Of a stretch of 37,242 nucleotides of DNA, positions 1 to 10,022 are shown piece after piece. Position numbers and translations under genes: made by a program. The stretch comes from a virus. The DNA is taken from UHGV virus genome UHGV-1405961. One strand, written 5' to 3'. Each line of letters opens with the position of its first letter. Position 1 is the stretch's first letter. Under the pieces are notes generated by a model. It saw only the letters and a list, made by a program, of their open reading frames with translations, ran no database searches and was not told the DNA's origin.

Positions 1-152
1 CCTATCTCTTATCTGGAGATACAGCTACTGTCCGGTGTTTCAGGGGGCTACATCACTCCATTCGTGGGATATACAATCATGCTCAGTACATGGATAAGCG
101 CCGGGAAATGATGCAGTGGTGGGCTGACTGGATTGATGAGAAGGTGTCATAG
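1..152 (+). CDS. Partial CDS (3' end only, stop at 150-152); tail ...RGIYNHAQYMDKRREMMQWWADWIDEKVS resembles the C-terminus of P4-type tyrosine integrases
   Basis: Open frame runs from the window edge to TAG at 150-152, convergent with the tailspike gene. The MMQWWADWID tail and a Tyr in an R-x-x-Y context are recalled from P4-family integrase C-termini; not verified by search. Confidence 0.3.
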   Translation, partial: YLLSGDTATVRCFRGLHHSIRGIYNHAQYMDKRREMMQWWADWIDEKVS

Positions 153-240
153 GAAAGCAGCACAAAGCCTTGCAAACCGATGCAAAGCTTTGTGTGCCCC
201 ACTTTTGTCTCAAATAATCTTTCCGTCCTATGCTCGAAGG

Positions 241-2184
241 TTATGCTAGAGCCATTCTGGTATTTGCGAAAGCCATCGCCTCACTTTGTGATGCAAAACT
301 TGCAACAAAATAGTCAGCCAGATATAAAACACTCTCAGAAGAGGTGGTAACATATAACGACGCAGATTCTGATGCATCAGCCTGAGCCACTCCAAATGTA
401 CTGACCCATTCACCTTGCTTGAGATGAATACCACCCAAAGTGACCCCCCCTGTAATCCTCATATTCATATCACCTGAATTAAGTCTGGCATTGATACCCC
501 ACACATACCACAAGCCCTTGGTGATGGTGAAATTGGAGTCAGTTAATTCCAGAACAGCGTTAGCAGGGAATGTAAACGATTCGCAATTTTTTGAATGAAG
601 CCCCATACCTACTAAGGACCCTGTTACACTAGCATTCCCCCCCCATGTATGAGTTCCGCTATCAAAAGGTATTGCTGCTAACTTATTACCCGATGGAAGA
701 TTAAACAATCTACCTTTTGTAATAGAACCCCTCAAACACAGGTCAATGGTGTGAATCTTACCCGTCTGTGAAGCTATACTCTCAACAATAACATCTTTAC
801 CAGAAGAACCATTAAGATAAGTATCATAGGATTTAATAGTACTATCAGCATCTATCTCTATATTCTGATTTCCATCAGCATTATCGAAACGACAGCCATA
901 TGTTACAAGGTTTGACCGTTCTAATTTTATGCTGTTTATGTATGAATATTCAGCATAGAAAATGCTTGTGTCAATTAAATGTAAAGTTCTTGGTTCTATA
1001 GCAGCACCATCAACGTTTACTGCATCAGCGGTGGCTACAGCTTCAAACCAAACATTGGATATACCACATGGTGCAGATGGGCAATCCCCAGGCTTATTCT
1101 TAAGGTATATCCCCCCCCCTGCCGATCCTTCTATAATGGAGTCTTTTAACCACCAACCACCGATACCACCACCTGTAGATGATGCCCCTATCGTTGCATT
1201 CAGATAAACAGCATAAGTGCCAATACTGTTCATATGGAAGTTATACAGAGTGTCTGCTCCACAGTGCATCTCTGTACCACTGATGGCGTGATATCCCCAG
1301 TCACAATTGTTAATACCTATACTACGAAAAGTATTACCAATATTTCCAGAAGGTTTAGAAATTGCTTTATTAATGTGATGGATGTAGGTATCGCTTATAT
1401 TGTGACGACCCGAGTACTGGTCCGTAGGGTCATAACCAAAACCGACAGAACCAGTTGTACCGGTTCCGTCTATTTCAAAATTAGAACTATGCCTGAACTG
1501 CCAGTGCGGTGTTGATAATTTTGCCATCACGGCCGTTGAGAAATCACCCTGTGGTTTTATTACAACCGACCCCCCAACTCCTTTTAGTTGCGCATTACCT
1601 AGTGTTACATTCTCAGTATAAACACCAGGAGAAACCAGCAGGTCATTTTTTGGTAAAGAGGAATCTATGGCTTCTTGTAATGTTGAAAAATCTTTTGAAT
1701 GCCTAATATCATTAATATGATCAAGCAAAGTTCTTTCACCGCTACCTATATTCTTAGAGCCATCACTTGCTTGAAGGGCGGATCTGCTTTGCGCATCATC
1801 AACCAGATTCAAACCACCAGGAGCTGCGAGATCTTGCCTTAGTTGATCAGGGTCGTACTTAAGCACATTTGGATAATAAAACTGCTGCGCACCATACGCG
1901 TCATACACAGTCATAGAATGGCCTTGTACGGTAACAAACTTTGCAATTTGCCCGTTGTATACCGGATATCCAGCAGCGTTAATGATGATTGGTTGCGAAA
2001 CAGGAACGTGAGATCCGTCTTCGTTCTCCACATAAACCTGAATCTGGTTTTCAGGATTTACCGGGTCAGTGTCAATTTTACCGATATAAATTTTGCCATT
2101 GGCTACGGCTTTAAAAGAACGCGCCATAGTGAAGAGTTGCGAAGGCATACTCACTACAACATTGGCATTTATTGAATCTGTCAT
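241..2184 (-). CDS. Tailspike protein (P22 gp9-like N-terminal head-binding domain; divergent beta-helix receptor-binding domain)
   Basis: 647-aa ORF. First ~110 aa ([12 protein letters not shown]...[11 protein letters not shown]...[12 protein letters not shown]...NVLKYDPDQ) match the conserved P22-family head-binding domain; the remainder is Gly/Ser/Asn-rich, typical of a beta-helix. Last gene of the late operon; GGAG Shine-Dalgarno 8 nt upstream. Confidence 0.85.
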   Translation of the reverse strand: MTDSINANVVVSMPSQLFTMARSFKAVANGKIYIGKIDTDPVNPENQIQVYVENEDGSHVPVSQPIIINAAGYPVYNGQIAKFVTVQGHSMTVYDAYGAQQFYYPNVLKYDPDQLRQDLAAPGGLNLVDDAQSRSALQASDGSKNIGSGERTLLDHINDIRHSKDFSTLQEAIDSSLPKNDLLVSPGVYTENVTLGNAQLKGVGGSVVIKPQGDFSTAVMAKLSTPHWQFRHSSNFEIDGTGTTGSVGFGYDPTDQYSGRHNISDTYIHHINKAISKPSGNIGNTFRSIGINNCDWGYHAISGTEMHCGADTLYNFHMNSIGTYAVYLNATIGASSTGGGIGGWWLKDSIIEGSAGGGIYLKNKPGDCPSAPCGISNVWFEAVATADAVNVDGAAIEPRTLHLIDTSIFYAEYSYINSIKLERSNLVTYGCRFDNADGNQNIEIDADSTIKSYDTYLNGSSGKDVIVESIASQTGKIHTIDLCLRGSITKGRLFNLPSGNKLAAIPFDSGTHTWGGNASVTGSLVGMGLHSKNCESFTFPANAVLELTDSNFTITKGLWYVWGINARLNSGDMNMRITGGVTLGGIHLKQGEWVSTFGVAQADASESASLYVTTSSESVLYLADYFVASFASQSEAMAFANTRMALA

Positions 2185-2240
2185 TTAATTTGCTCCAGAT
2201 ACAAGGAATCACCGAAGCATGGCTACGATGAATTTTGGGC

Positions 2241-2265
2241 ATAAAAAAACCCAGCCGAAGCTGGG
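2241..2265 (-). terminator. Rho-independent terminator between ant and the tailspike gene
   Basis: Minus-strand hairpin CCCAGCTTCGGCTGGG followed by TTTTTTTA, 20 nt downstream of the ant stop. Confidence 0.6.
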
Positions 2266-2284
2266 TTGTCGCGTTGGTTATCTG

Positions 2285-3163
2285 TCAGTAGTTATGTACT
2301 GAAGGAGGTAATTCTTTATTCTTAAGTCTCATCCATGCGGAAAGATTCGCTGGTCCGTCTGGCTCATTGATATCAACATCTCGTGTGTGATTGATTAAAA
2401 CGTCTCTCGCCATTCCGATAACATACGAGAATTCATGACCGTAGTCGTAGCATCTGCCGGAATAGTTCGATTGAACTTGTTTTAATGCCGGATACAGTTC
2501 GCGGAATAATGCCTGTGAACGGTTAGCATAATCCCATAGCCATACAAGGCTGTTTGCTTCTTTTGCAGAAAGCTCGTTTGCTTTCTTCTCTTGTTTGCCG
2601 ATAAACTCGCCTTCAAGCACTACCCTGTGGATGTACTCTACGGCCAGCGGGATTTGTTCAATTGAAAGTTCATCAATGCTGTCAATACCAAAACGCTGAT
2701 GAACCATATTGTATGCATCGTCATAGCGAAGTCCTTTCTTTCCTACCAGCATGTTTACTGCATCGCGTAGCGGCGTTCTTTCCTCAACAGTGGTTTTCTT
2801 GCCTTTCACATACTCGCCATGTTTGCGAATTGAAGGTAGAACTTCTGCTGTTACCCACTTGCGGAATTTGTGCGGGACCGAACCTTTATTGACAGCATCG
2901 CGGCAGCGCAGAACCAATGTATACATACCTGATTCGCTAACAATGCTTAGATTCTGCTCACCACCAAGGGTGTAACTTAAAGTTACTCCCTTTTCATCGT
3001 CATCAAGTGCAGTAAGCGCCTTGCGTGAGTTAGTCAGGGTTAAAGCATCACAAACATCTTTTGCTACAAACCACGGCTCACCGCATTTGTTGATGACGCG
3101 GATTTCACTGTCGCCGAATTTGAAGATGGTGAAATCGTTTTGTGCCTTTGCTATACTTTTCAT
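2285..3163 (-). CDS. ant: Antirepressor Ant (Bro-N/KilA-N-like N-terminal domain), immI region
   Basis: ORF downstream of arc in a P22-type immI arrangement; motif [26 protein letters not shown]. Start set at ATG 3163 (292 aa); the ORF track extends to an upstream TTG at 3229. Confidence 0.7.
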   Translation of the reverse strand: MKSIAKAQNDFTIFKFGDSEIRVINKCGEPWFVAKDVCDALTLTNSRKALTALDDDEKGVTLSYTLGGEQNLSIVSESGMYTLVLRCRDAVNKGSVPHKFRKWVTAEVLPSIRKHGEYVKGKKTTVEERTPLRDAVNMLVGKKGLRYDDAYNMVHQRFGIDSIDELSIEQIPLAVEYIHRVVLEGEFIGKQEKKANELSAKEANSLVWLWDYANRSQALFRELYPALKQVQSNYSGRCYDYGHEFSYVIGMARDVLINHTRDVDINEPDGPANLSAWMRLKNKELPPSVHNY

Positions 3164-3231
3164 GTCAATATTTCCTAATCCGATTTGTTGATACCGAAGC
3201 CCTGACTGTTCCCGCAGTTGGGGCTTCAACT

Positions 3232-3393
3232 TTACGCGCCAATGCGCCCTTCCTTCTTAAAGCTTTCCATTACTCTCTGATAAATCTCAGAGTTAACAGA
3301 CCGACCATTCTCTTCCGCCACCTTGCGTACCAAATCCAATACTTCTTTAGGCCACCGCAAATTGAACTGCGGCATCTTGCTCATTCCTTTCAT
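3232..3393 (-). CDS. arc: Arc repressor (ribbon-helix-helix)
   Basis: 53-aa product [53 protein letters not shown], recognised as essentially P22 Arc; starts at an internal Met of the 74-aa track ORF. Confidence 0.85.
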   Translation of the reverse strand: MKGMSKMPQFNLRWPKEVLDLVRKVAEENGRSVNSEIYQRVMESFKKEGRIGA

Positions 3394-3407
3394 ATTCACC
3401 TCACAAT

Positions 3408-3455
3408 ATAGGTCCACGGTGGACCTATTGAGAATATAGTAGAGTGCTTCTATCA
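3408..3455. promoter_or_regulatory. immI operators: Omnt-like perfect palindrome ATAGGTCCACGGTGGACCTAT and Oarc-like ATAGTAGAGTGCTTCTATCAT in the divergent arc/mnt control region
   Basis: Both palindromes read directly from the sequence in the 90-bp interval between the arc and mnt starts; they match the known P22 Mnt and Arc operators as recalled. Confidence 0.7.
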
Positions 3456-3483
3456 TGTCAATACACTAACTTGGAGTGATGGC

Positions 3484-3735
3484 ATGGCTAGAGATGATCC
3501 GCACTTTAACTTCCGTATGCCTATGGAAGTAAGGGAGAAATTAAAATTCAGGGCGAAGGCGAATGGGAGATCAATGAACTCCGAGTTGTTACAAATCGTC
3601 CAAGATGCTCTATCAAAACCATCGCCTGTGACTGGATATCGCGACGATGCAGAACGACTCGCTGATGAGCAGTCAGAGCTTGTTAAGAAGATGGTGTTTG
3701 ATACGCTGAAGTATTTGTACAAAAAACCCACCTGA
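3484..3735 (+). CDS. mnt: Mnt repressor (maintenance of lysogeny, represses ant)
   Basis: 83-aa product MARDDPHFNFRMPMEVREKLKFRAKANGRSMNSELLQIVQDALSKP..., near-identical to P22 Mnt as recalled; divergent from arc. Confidence 0.85.
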   Translation: MARDDPHFNFRMPMEVREKLKFRAKANGRSMNSELLQIVQDALSKPSPVTGYRDDAERLADEQSELVKKMVFDTLKYLYKKPT

Positions 3736-3745
3736 AGGTGGGTCC
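3721..3745. terminator. Bidirectional rho-independent terminator (strong on the minus strand)
   Basis: AAAAAA-CCCACCTGAAGGTGGG-TCCTATTTATT. The hairpin contains the mnt stop codon and gives a U6 tail on the minus strand after the lipoprotein gene. Confidence 0.6.
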
Positions 3746-3751
3746 TATTTA

Positions 3752-4171
3752 TTAGTCTTGCTTTGTTGATGGTATAAGAGATGCGTTTGCCTCTTTTGGC
3801 TTCAAGGTATACATCCCACCATTAAAAGGATCTACAGCAAGCCAACCAATTAACCCACCAAACACAAGGTTTCCACCAATATACCAACCATTAGCATTGG
3901 CTTTGATTGGCAGGGTAACTGGTTCGTACCCATCCTTTTCCATAGTGATCTGGTAGCTCTTTTTGCCAAAATAACTACCATCTGACTTGGCAAGAGTTAC
4001 TCCTTGCGGGGTCTTGCCTTGCGCAACAATCACGCCTGATTCGTCTTTTACTTTAAAGCTCGCACCGGAAGGATTGCTGTTCACTTGCACGAGCTGTGTT
4101 TCGTCACCAACAATAGTTGCGCACCCAGATAACAATATAGCGCCAGCAACAACGCCGATAATCCTCTTCAT
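3752..4171 (-). CDS. Putative lipoprotein with PEGA-like domain (moron in the P22 sieA slot)
   Basis: 139 aa from ATG 4169-4171. Signal peptide with lipobox (MKRIIGVVAGAILLSGC); motif NPSGASFKV..GKTPQGVTL..YQITMEKDGYEPVTL resembles PEGA domains; Gly/Trp-rich C-terminus. Confidence 0.6.
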   Translation of the reverse strand: MKRIIGVVAGAILLSGCATIVGDETQLVQVNSNPSGASFKVKDESGVIVAQGKTPQGVTLAKSDGSYFGKKSYQITMEKDGYEPVTLPIKANANGWYIGGNLVFGGLIGWLAVDPFNGGMYTLKPKEANASLIPSTKQD

Positions 4172-4289
4172 ATCAATTTCCATATTTGAAAAAACCGGAA
4201 ACATCCTAATGACAAACCATTCAAATGTGAAGTAGGCAAAAGATGTTTACTTTTTTCATGGTATCCTGCTCAAAACTAAGGAGGTTGGT

Positions 4290-4613
4290 GTGTATACAAC
4301 AGTTATCGTGATAGCTATCGCACTCATTGTGGTTCAGTACCAACTGGCATCTTTAAAACAAAAGATATCTGACCTCAAGACTGAGAACGAAGCACTTAAA
4401 AACTCAATAAAAGATGAGAAGAACAAACTATCATTCACTATATCTGATATTGAGCAATCCATTGAAATTATTGAGAATAATATTAACAGACTAAAAAAAG
4501 AAGATATTCATGAAATCAATGACAATATCAAGGATTTGAAATCTTGGCTTAGGAATGTAGGACAAATCGCCACATCAACACGAGATAAGCTCAATCCATC
4601 CATGGATGATTAA
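4290..4613 (+). CDS. Hypothetical small membrane protein (N-terminal TM helix plus coiled coil), AT-rich moron
   Basis: GTG start 5 nt after AAGGAGG; 107 aa; hydrophobic N-terminus YTTVIVIAIALIVVQY then heptad-like K/E/N/I-rich sequence. Markedly AT-rich relative to flanks; divergent from the lipoprotein gene and convergent with the gp16-like gene. Confidence 0.55.
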   Translation: MYTTVIVIAIALIVVQYQLASLKQKISDLKTENEALKNSIKDEKNKLSFTISDIEQSIEIIENNINRLKKEDIHEINDNIKDLKSWLRNVGQIATSTRDKLNPSMDD

Positions 4614-6773
4614 TTACTCCTGTGCTATTCCGCTTAGCGACGCTACAATGCCAGCCCTCGCTAAGCGATTGAACTCTTCGTTTCCAACTGCATCACGTAT
4701 TGCTTTTACGGCGGCTTTATTTGCCATAAATCTGCGTTCCGCCGCCGCTAATGCTTCTTTACTTCCGCCAGCTCTTACTGCTTTCGTGGCTTCCTGAACT
4801 GCTTTCTCTATCGCATATCGACCGCTACGCGTGGTGGCAATTTTAGATACAGCACCTTTTAACCCGGCGCCAACTAAAGCACCTACGGCCGCGCCTGCAA
4901 TGCCCCCACCTGCTCCACCAACAATGGCACCCGACGTTGAGTTTGCAATTGCATTTAATACTGTTGAGGTAACGTTGGATAAACCAGCGTCAAGATCACG
5001 TAGAACATTGGCTGTTCTCCCTGTTCTTTCAATATACTGCTGAGGCTTCACTGCCGCTCTTGCAAGAGTGCCATATGCATCAGCAATTCTTCCAAGTTCT
5101 GAGGAATATCTGCTAATGGCTTTTACATTTTGTGGGGTAAGTATCCCTGCGATATGGTTAATTCCTGCTGCATCAGATTTGCCACCACGTACACCATGCG
5201 AGATAGCATCCTGCAACATTGATGATATAGCAGGAACACGCTCTGATTCTGGCAGCGCGCGGATCATAGAATGGAATCCAGCAGGACCATTAAGACCTTT
5301 AGCTGACGATGATTGAAGAGATTTTACTCCATTCGTAATCAGTGCATCTGTTGCCAAATCACGCCCAAAAACAGACTCTGCACTCTCTTGTGCGGATAGC
5401 CTCGCTTTAGACAGATCATTAGCTTTTTGCCAGTCATCAAGAAATCCGCCGTTTTCCGCCATTGTGCGCATATCATCAGTAATTGCCCGGCGTATTTCCC
5501 CTGCTCTCCTTGCCGCATTTGCCTCTCCGCTACGCTTATATTTTTGCTCAGCATCAGCAAATTTCGCTCTCCATGCTTTCATGCCATCAAATGTTACTCC
5601 ACCTTGATTGTTTGCCTGAACAAACTGTTTCATTTCAGGAGTAAGCGGTATGCCAGCAGATCGCTCTGCCTGAATAACGGCATTACCATTTAGCATTCTT
5701 GCTTTTTGATTTGGCATTGTTGACCGCACGTCATCCCATGCCGCGCGCTCGGCATCCTTCATCTGATCAAGATTTTGAAGAATCCTTTGTTTTATAGCCG
5801 CACTTTTTTCTGATGCCGTTCCAGATGCGGCCCCAAATTCATCAAGGTTTCGACTTAACTTTGATGATATTTCGTTAAATGCTGCCTGATGGGCATCCTG
5901 AACAATTCCTGGTGTTGATGCCAATGCGCCTTCGGCTTGTGCAATTCCACGACTTCCAGATCGCATTCCTGGTGTTAATGCGTTTATATCAATTCCAGCA
6001 GACTCAGCCGCTTTTGCTACATCTTCGGACACATTAGCGGCCTGACTGGCAATTGACTGACGCCCAGCACCTGACTTTGCCATCCTAGAAACATCATTAG
6101 CAGAATTCAGTGCTGCACCACCAAGAGCCTGTGAAACTCTTGGCGCAATAACGCGCCCGACACCTGAAAGAACGCCTTGAGCACCAATATTGATACCACC
6201 GTTAATGGCAGCATTTTGTGCAAAGTCGCCCTCCTGATTTGCAGCATCAGCAAGAGAACCTGCAATCATGTTTCCTGCGGAACCGATATCTCCAGCGAGC
6301 TTTGCTGTCGCTCCAACAGCTTTTGCCGCTGTGCCAATTGGCAGGAGATACCCACCAATTGTTTCACCGGCTTGTGCGTAAGGGTCTGTCGGTCGATCGA
6401 CAGGGCGATAAACATCATCCAAAACCTTGGGGCCACCAAGCCCCTGACTGATTGCATTAATCAGACTTGCGCCACCCTGCAATACGTCAAATGGTATGTT
6501 TACCAGACCACGACCAGCCTGTTCTGCAATTTGCCCTGCACTTTGACCACCAGTGAGCCAATCGCCAGCTTGTTGCATCAATGATGGTTCTTCTTTCTGC
6601 TGCTGAGGCGGAGGGTATGCTGCATAAAACTGATCTCTTGCTTCAGCCCATTTGTCACCAGCCTTAGGGGCAACAACCTCATCAAAATATTGCGCTTGAG
6701 CCTGTGCTTTCTGTTCTTCAGTTAACGCCTGATACTGTGGAGAGGCGATAACATCTTTCCATGCTTTAGCCAT
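4614..6773 (-). CDS. DNA ejection (internal virion) protein, P22 gp16-like
   Basis: 719-aa Ala/Gly/Gln-rich ORF, last of the gp7/gp20/gp16 trio by synteny; start overlaps the upstream stop. Confidence 0.65.
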   Translation of the reverse strand: MAKAWKDVIASPQYQALTEEQKAQAQAQYFDEVVAPKAGDKWAEARDQFYAAYPPPQQQKEEPSLMQQAGDWLTGGQSAGQIAEQAGRGLVNIPFDVLQGGASLINAISQGLGGPKVLDDVYRPVDRPTDPYAQAGETIGGYLLPIGTAAKAVGATAKLAGDIGSAGNMIAGSLADAANQEGDFAQNAAINGGINIGAQGVLSGVGRVIAPRVSQALGGAALNSANDVSRMAKSGAGRQSIASQAANVSEDVAKAAESAGIDINALTPGMRSGSRGIAQAEGALASTPGIVQDAHQAAFNEISSKLSRNLDEFGAASGTASEKSAAIKQRILQNLDQMKDAERAAWDDVRSTMPNQKARMLNGNAVIQAERSAGIPLTPEMKQFVQANNQGGVTFDGMKAWRAKFADAEQKYKRSGEANAARRAGEIRRAITDDMRTMAENGGFLDDWQKANDLSKARLSAQESAESVFGRDLATDALITNGVKSLQSSSAKGLNGPAGFHSMIRALPESERVPAISSMLQDAISHGVRGGKSDAAGINHIAGILTPQNVKAISRYSSELGRIADAYGTLARAAVKPQQYIERTGRTANVLRDLDAGLSNVTSTVLNAIANSTSGAIVGGAGGGIAGAAVGALVGAGLKGAVSKIATTRSGRYAIEKAVQEATKAVRAGGSKEALAAAERRFMANKAAVKAIRDAVGNEEFNRLARAGIVASLSGIAQE

Positions 6774-8161
6774 TAATCACCCCATAGTGAAGAAAAGTTA
6801 CTGCTGGCTGCTGGCTGTGATACCTGTGTAGGTTGAGATTGCTGCCGCTGAGATTTACCAACATTAACGTTATATTGTTGGTTGTAATTGTTGGTGTATT
6901 CCTGAATCTCACGAATAGACTGCTGCATAGCCTCCGGGCTTGAATAGTCAACCTGCGGCATCCCCTGAAAATACATCTTCGCTTCTGCAACGGTGTTAAT
7001 ACCACTGGCACCCATGTCCCTTGCTGCCGCCACCCCCTGATTCTGCATTCTGCCCTGAATACGTTGTGCTGAGTTATATAACTGGCGCTGCTCTTTTCCT
7101 GTTAATCGGCTGCGAACATCAGCACCAATTGCTGGATTACCTGCACCGCCTGTCATTCCTGTCATGAAATCGAGAGCAGAAGCGTCTGCATTTGCGATCG
7201 CGTCGATATCCTTCTTCATGGCATAGTTTTGTGCTGATGCAGACGATGTTGCAGGAGCTGCGATTGAACTGGCAGGAACGCGAACCATATTCCCCTCGTT
7301 GTCGATGCCTTCGTAGAACGCATTAGCCCCAGCGCCGTGAAGTTTCCCGCCTACCGTTACAGTTCTGCCATCTGATAACTGAACTGTACGCTCATCATTC
7401 CCAGCGGTTCCTCTTGTTGACGCTCGCTGCATTGCCAAATCCTGCCCGCGTCGCGCAGTAGAAGCAGATAAGTCCTGACCGCGCATCGTGATGTTCTGGC
7501 CTCGTGCTGTTAGCGCCTCGCCAGCCTGATTGCTGCGGATTGTCTCTGCAAGTTTTCCGCGATCAATCTCACGACCAGCCATCTTGTCCTGAACATTGAA
7601 GTAATCAATCGGACCAAGAGCAGCCATTCCAAGGTGATCAACAAACTCACCAAATCCTGAAGGATTCTGCTGATACATCTGAGCAACGTTATTAGGGTCA
7701 ACACCGACGCGCGCCAGCTCATTGGCGTTGTTTTGCAGCCATGATTGCATTGCTTCTGGAGACGATGACGCAAGGCGTGCGCCAGCCGCTAAGGTGCCGA
7801 TAGAATTACGCTGATCTTCATCAATGAATCCCATGCCTTTACGAACGGATTCAATCTGGTCTGGATATTGAGTAGCCAACTGACGCAAAGCTCCGCGATC
7901 ACCAGACGCATAAGCATTAGCGTACGCCTGCTGAAATTCTTTCTGCCGCTGAGCCTGCTTTTCCTGCTGAAACACCCCTGCAATACCTGAAAGACCTTGC
8001 AAAGCAGTCAGCCCAACATTGTTAGCGCCTGAACGCTCAATATCATTGTTCTGCCTGATAAGCTGAAGCGTATTGCCGATGTCATTTACGCTCGGAGCGT
8101 TTGAGTTGACGCCGCCGATACCAGCTAACAATCCGCCATTTGATCCTTGCCAAGTAGCCAT
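6773..8161 (-). CDS. DNA ejection protein, P22 gp20-like
   Basis: 462-aa ORF (P22 gp20 is about 470 aa) in the conserved position between gp7 and gp16 homologs. Confidence 0.65.
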   Translation of the reverse strand: MATWQGSNGGLLAGIGGVNSNAPSVNDIGNTLQLIRQNNDIERSGANNVGLTALQGLSGIAGVFQQEKQAQRQKEFQQAYANAYASGDRGALRQLATQYPDQIESVRKGMGFIDEDQRNSIGTLAAGARLASSSPEAMQSWLQNNANELARVGVDPNNVAQMYQQNPSGFGEFVDHLGMAALGPIDYFNVQDKMAGREIDRGKLAETIRSNQAGEALTARGQNITMRGQDLSASTARRGQDLAMQRASTRGTAGNDERTVQLSDGRTVTVGGKLHGAGANAFYEGIDNEGNMVRVPASSIAAPATSSASAQNYAMKKDIDAIANADASALDFMTGMTGGAGNPAIGADVRSRLTGKEQRQLYNSAQRIQGRMQNQGVAAARDMGASGINTVAEAKMYFQGMPQVDYSSPEAMQQSIREIQEYTNNYNQQYNVNVGKSQRQQSQPTQVSQPAASSNFSSLWGD

Positions 8162-8170
8162 GATTACCCC

Positions 8171-8863
8171 TTAAAACAACGAGCCAAGCAATCCGATACC
8201 AGCACCAATGCCAGCGCCCCAAGGTGTTGATGTTCCCAAAAGGCTGGCAAGACCTGCACCGGCAATCGCACCAGACGTTCCGCCACTAATTGCTGTCTGA
8301 AGGCCTGATGGTTTATTGGCGTTAGCAGCGGCAAGTGCTGCGCTTTGCTGCGCAATGCTGCTCATGTTGTTGGCGTATGTCTGCCCGGCGTTCGCCTGAC
8401 CTTGCAGCGCACCAAGGCCAATGTTTGCCAGATTGTTGTAGTTGCTCATCTGGTTCGACAACCACGACTGACCGAGAGTCGGGGCAATCGTGGCCAGTTG
8501 ATTGCTTGTAGCTGTCGAACCAAGTCCGCCAGTCGCCTCCGCAGCAGCAAGACTCTGGTAACGAGCCTGACCTGCAAGGTCTTTATACTGCTGAGAATTG
8601 TAATACTGATTAAGTGCCTGCCCCTGACCTTCTAAACTGGAAAGATTCTGAAGCTGGTTAACATACTGCTCCGCAAGCGGCGTGAACGGAGCAAGGTTTT
8701 TCATGATCGTCTGCCACTGCTGATTTTGCAGGTCTGCGGCATACTTCTGAGCTTCTGCTGCATACTTTGCGCTTTTATCAGAGCTGCCACCTTTCCCGCC
8801 TTTTTCAGGGCAATAAGGTTCCTCGCCGCGCAGCTTTCTGCCCAGCTTAAATGCATATAACAT
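8171..8863 (-). CDS. DNA ejection protein, P22 gp7-like
   Basis: 230-aa ORF beginning MLYAFKLGRKLRGEEPYCPEKGGKGGSS; size and position match P22 gp7. Confidence 0.7.
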   Translation of the reverse strand: MLYAFKLGRKLRGEEPYCPEKGGKGGSSDKSAKYAAEAQKYAADLQNQQWQTIMKNLAPFTPLAEQYVNQLQNLSSLEGQGQALNQYYNSQQYKDLAGQARYQSLAAAEATGGLGSTATSNQLATIAPTLGQSWLSNQMSNYNNLANIGLGALQGQANAGQTYANNMSSIAQQSAALAAANANKPSGLQTAISGGTSGAIAGAGLASLLGTSTPWGAGIGAGIGLLGSLF

Positions 8864-8865
8864 GG

Positions 8866-9321
8866 CTATCTCCCGTGATTCAGGAAGTCGATTAGTTCTT
8901 CGCGTGTGGCGCTGTAAAAAGTCACGTCATCCACGCCTTTGAAGTATTTCTTGATGGTTCCTACACGCTTAAGGCCAATCATTGCGCAGTACATCTGACC
9001 GTGGCGGAATTTGCGTGCAGCGAACGATGTTACGCACTGAACGGTGGTGTTAGTCAGAATGTATCGCCAGAACGCCAGCCCGATTTCCTTGCTGAAGCCG
9101 CGAATCTCTGGCAGGTACATGGCGTGGCAATCGAATGTCTGCGGCTGAATCTCCTGATAGTAAACAATGCCGCCGAACTGCCCGTGCACGTTCACCTCAA
9201 AGTAACGGCATTCAGGCTTGTAGTCGTATCCATCACCGTTGTTGCTCCCGGCAATAATGTCAGGGTGATTTCCGACAGCTTCGATCAGGTCGATGTTTCG
9301 CGTTGGTTTGAATGTAATCAT
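8866..9321 (-). CDS. Virion assembly/ejection accessory protein, P22 gp14-like
   Basis: 151-aa ORF between the tail-needle and gp7 homologs (synteny); start overlaps the gp26 stop. Confidence 0.6.
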   Translation of the reverse strand: MITFKPTRNIDLIEAVGNHPDIIAGSNNGDGYDYKPECRYFEVNVHGQFGGIVYYQEIQPQTFDCHAMYLPEIRGFSKEIGLAFWRYILTNTTVQCVTSFAARKFRHGQMYCAMIGLKRVGTIKKYFKGVDDVTFYSATREELIDFLNHGR

Positions 9322-10022
9322 CAGTCAATCAGCCCATGTAATCTAAGTGCCGTTTCAAGCGCCAGAATACGCTGCCGAGCCTGCTGCAAACCTGTAGCGA
9401 GAGCCGCGACTTCGGATTGTGTGTACGTAGTGCCGACCGTGTATGACTGGTTAGCGTTGAATGAGCCAAGAAGAGGTGTACCTGTGGCTGCAGTCCATCC
9501 GGTATTTCTTGCTCCAACAACCTGAATTCCATCAACTGAATATGATGTTTTTACATCCAGCGGTGACGCAAGAGACTGCGATTCGGTTACGGTTTTCGAT
9601 ACGTAATCACTCTTAATGTCAGATACATCGCTTTCTACGCCATCCAGTCTTTTGTCAACAGTGACCAGATGCGCCTGAATATCGATAACCTCATCCAGCA
9701 AGTAATCAACATCGCTACGCAGTACGACTATCTTCCCTTCGGCAGTTGTTAACCTGACCTCAAGTAGATTTATCGCTTTTGTGTTTGCGGTGATTCTTGC
9801 GTCGTGGTCAGCCAGTTCGACGTCCTGTTCATCGTTTTTCACCTGAGCATCGTAAGCGCCCTGTCCGGCCTCGTTGGCCTTGTTAGCCACGTTACCAACA
9901 TCAGTGCCCTGTGCGATAACGTAAAGCAGATACGACTGCGAGAAGATATTGCGTGGAAGGACTGATGTGTCGAGCCGTGTAGCCTGAATGATTACCGGCA
10001 CATTGAGATTCGAATCCGCCAT
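9321..10022 (-). CDS. Tail needle (plug) protein, P22 gp26-like
   Basis: 233 aa; N-terminus [43 protein letters not shown] and C-terminus [31 protein letters not shown] recalled as P22 gp26-like; heptad-rich middle. Confidence 0.8.
   Translation of the reverse strand: MADSNLNVPVIIQATRLDTSVLPRNIFSQSYLLYVIAQGTDVGNVANKANEAGQGAYDAQVKNDEQDVELADHDARITANTKAINLLEVRLTTAEGKIVVLRSDVDYLLDEVIDIQAHLVTVDKRLDGVESDVSDIKSDYVSKTVTESQSLASPLDVKTSYSVDGIQVVGARNTGWTAATGTPLLGSFNANQSYTVGTTYTQSEVAALATGLQQARQRILALETALRLHGLID

Noticed and set aside
153-240. attR core or terminator in the tailspike-integrase-fragment spacer
   Set aside because: Only short imperfect palindromes (CAAAGCTTTG) and no hairpin with a U-run or repeat matching any other part of the window; insufficient evidence for an att site without the flanking sequence.
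962-2175. Plus-strand ORFs (81, 93, 65 and 110 aa) inside the tailspike gene
   Set aside because: Entirely contained within a long, well-supported minus-strand gene; no Shine-Dalgarno sequences; typical antisense open frames.
3164-3230. Annotating the arc-ant spacer hairpin as a terminator or a defined sar ncRNA feature
   Set aside because: The hairpin (3196-3227) lacks a U-run on either strand and I found no clear promoter for an antisense transcript; it is reported only as a finding.
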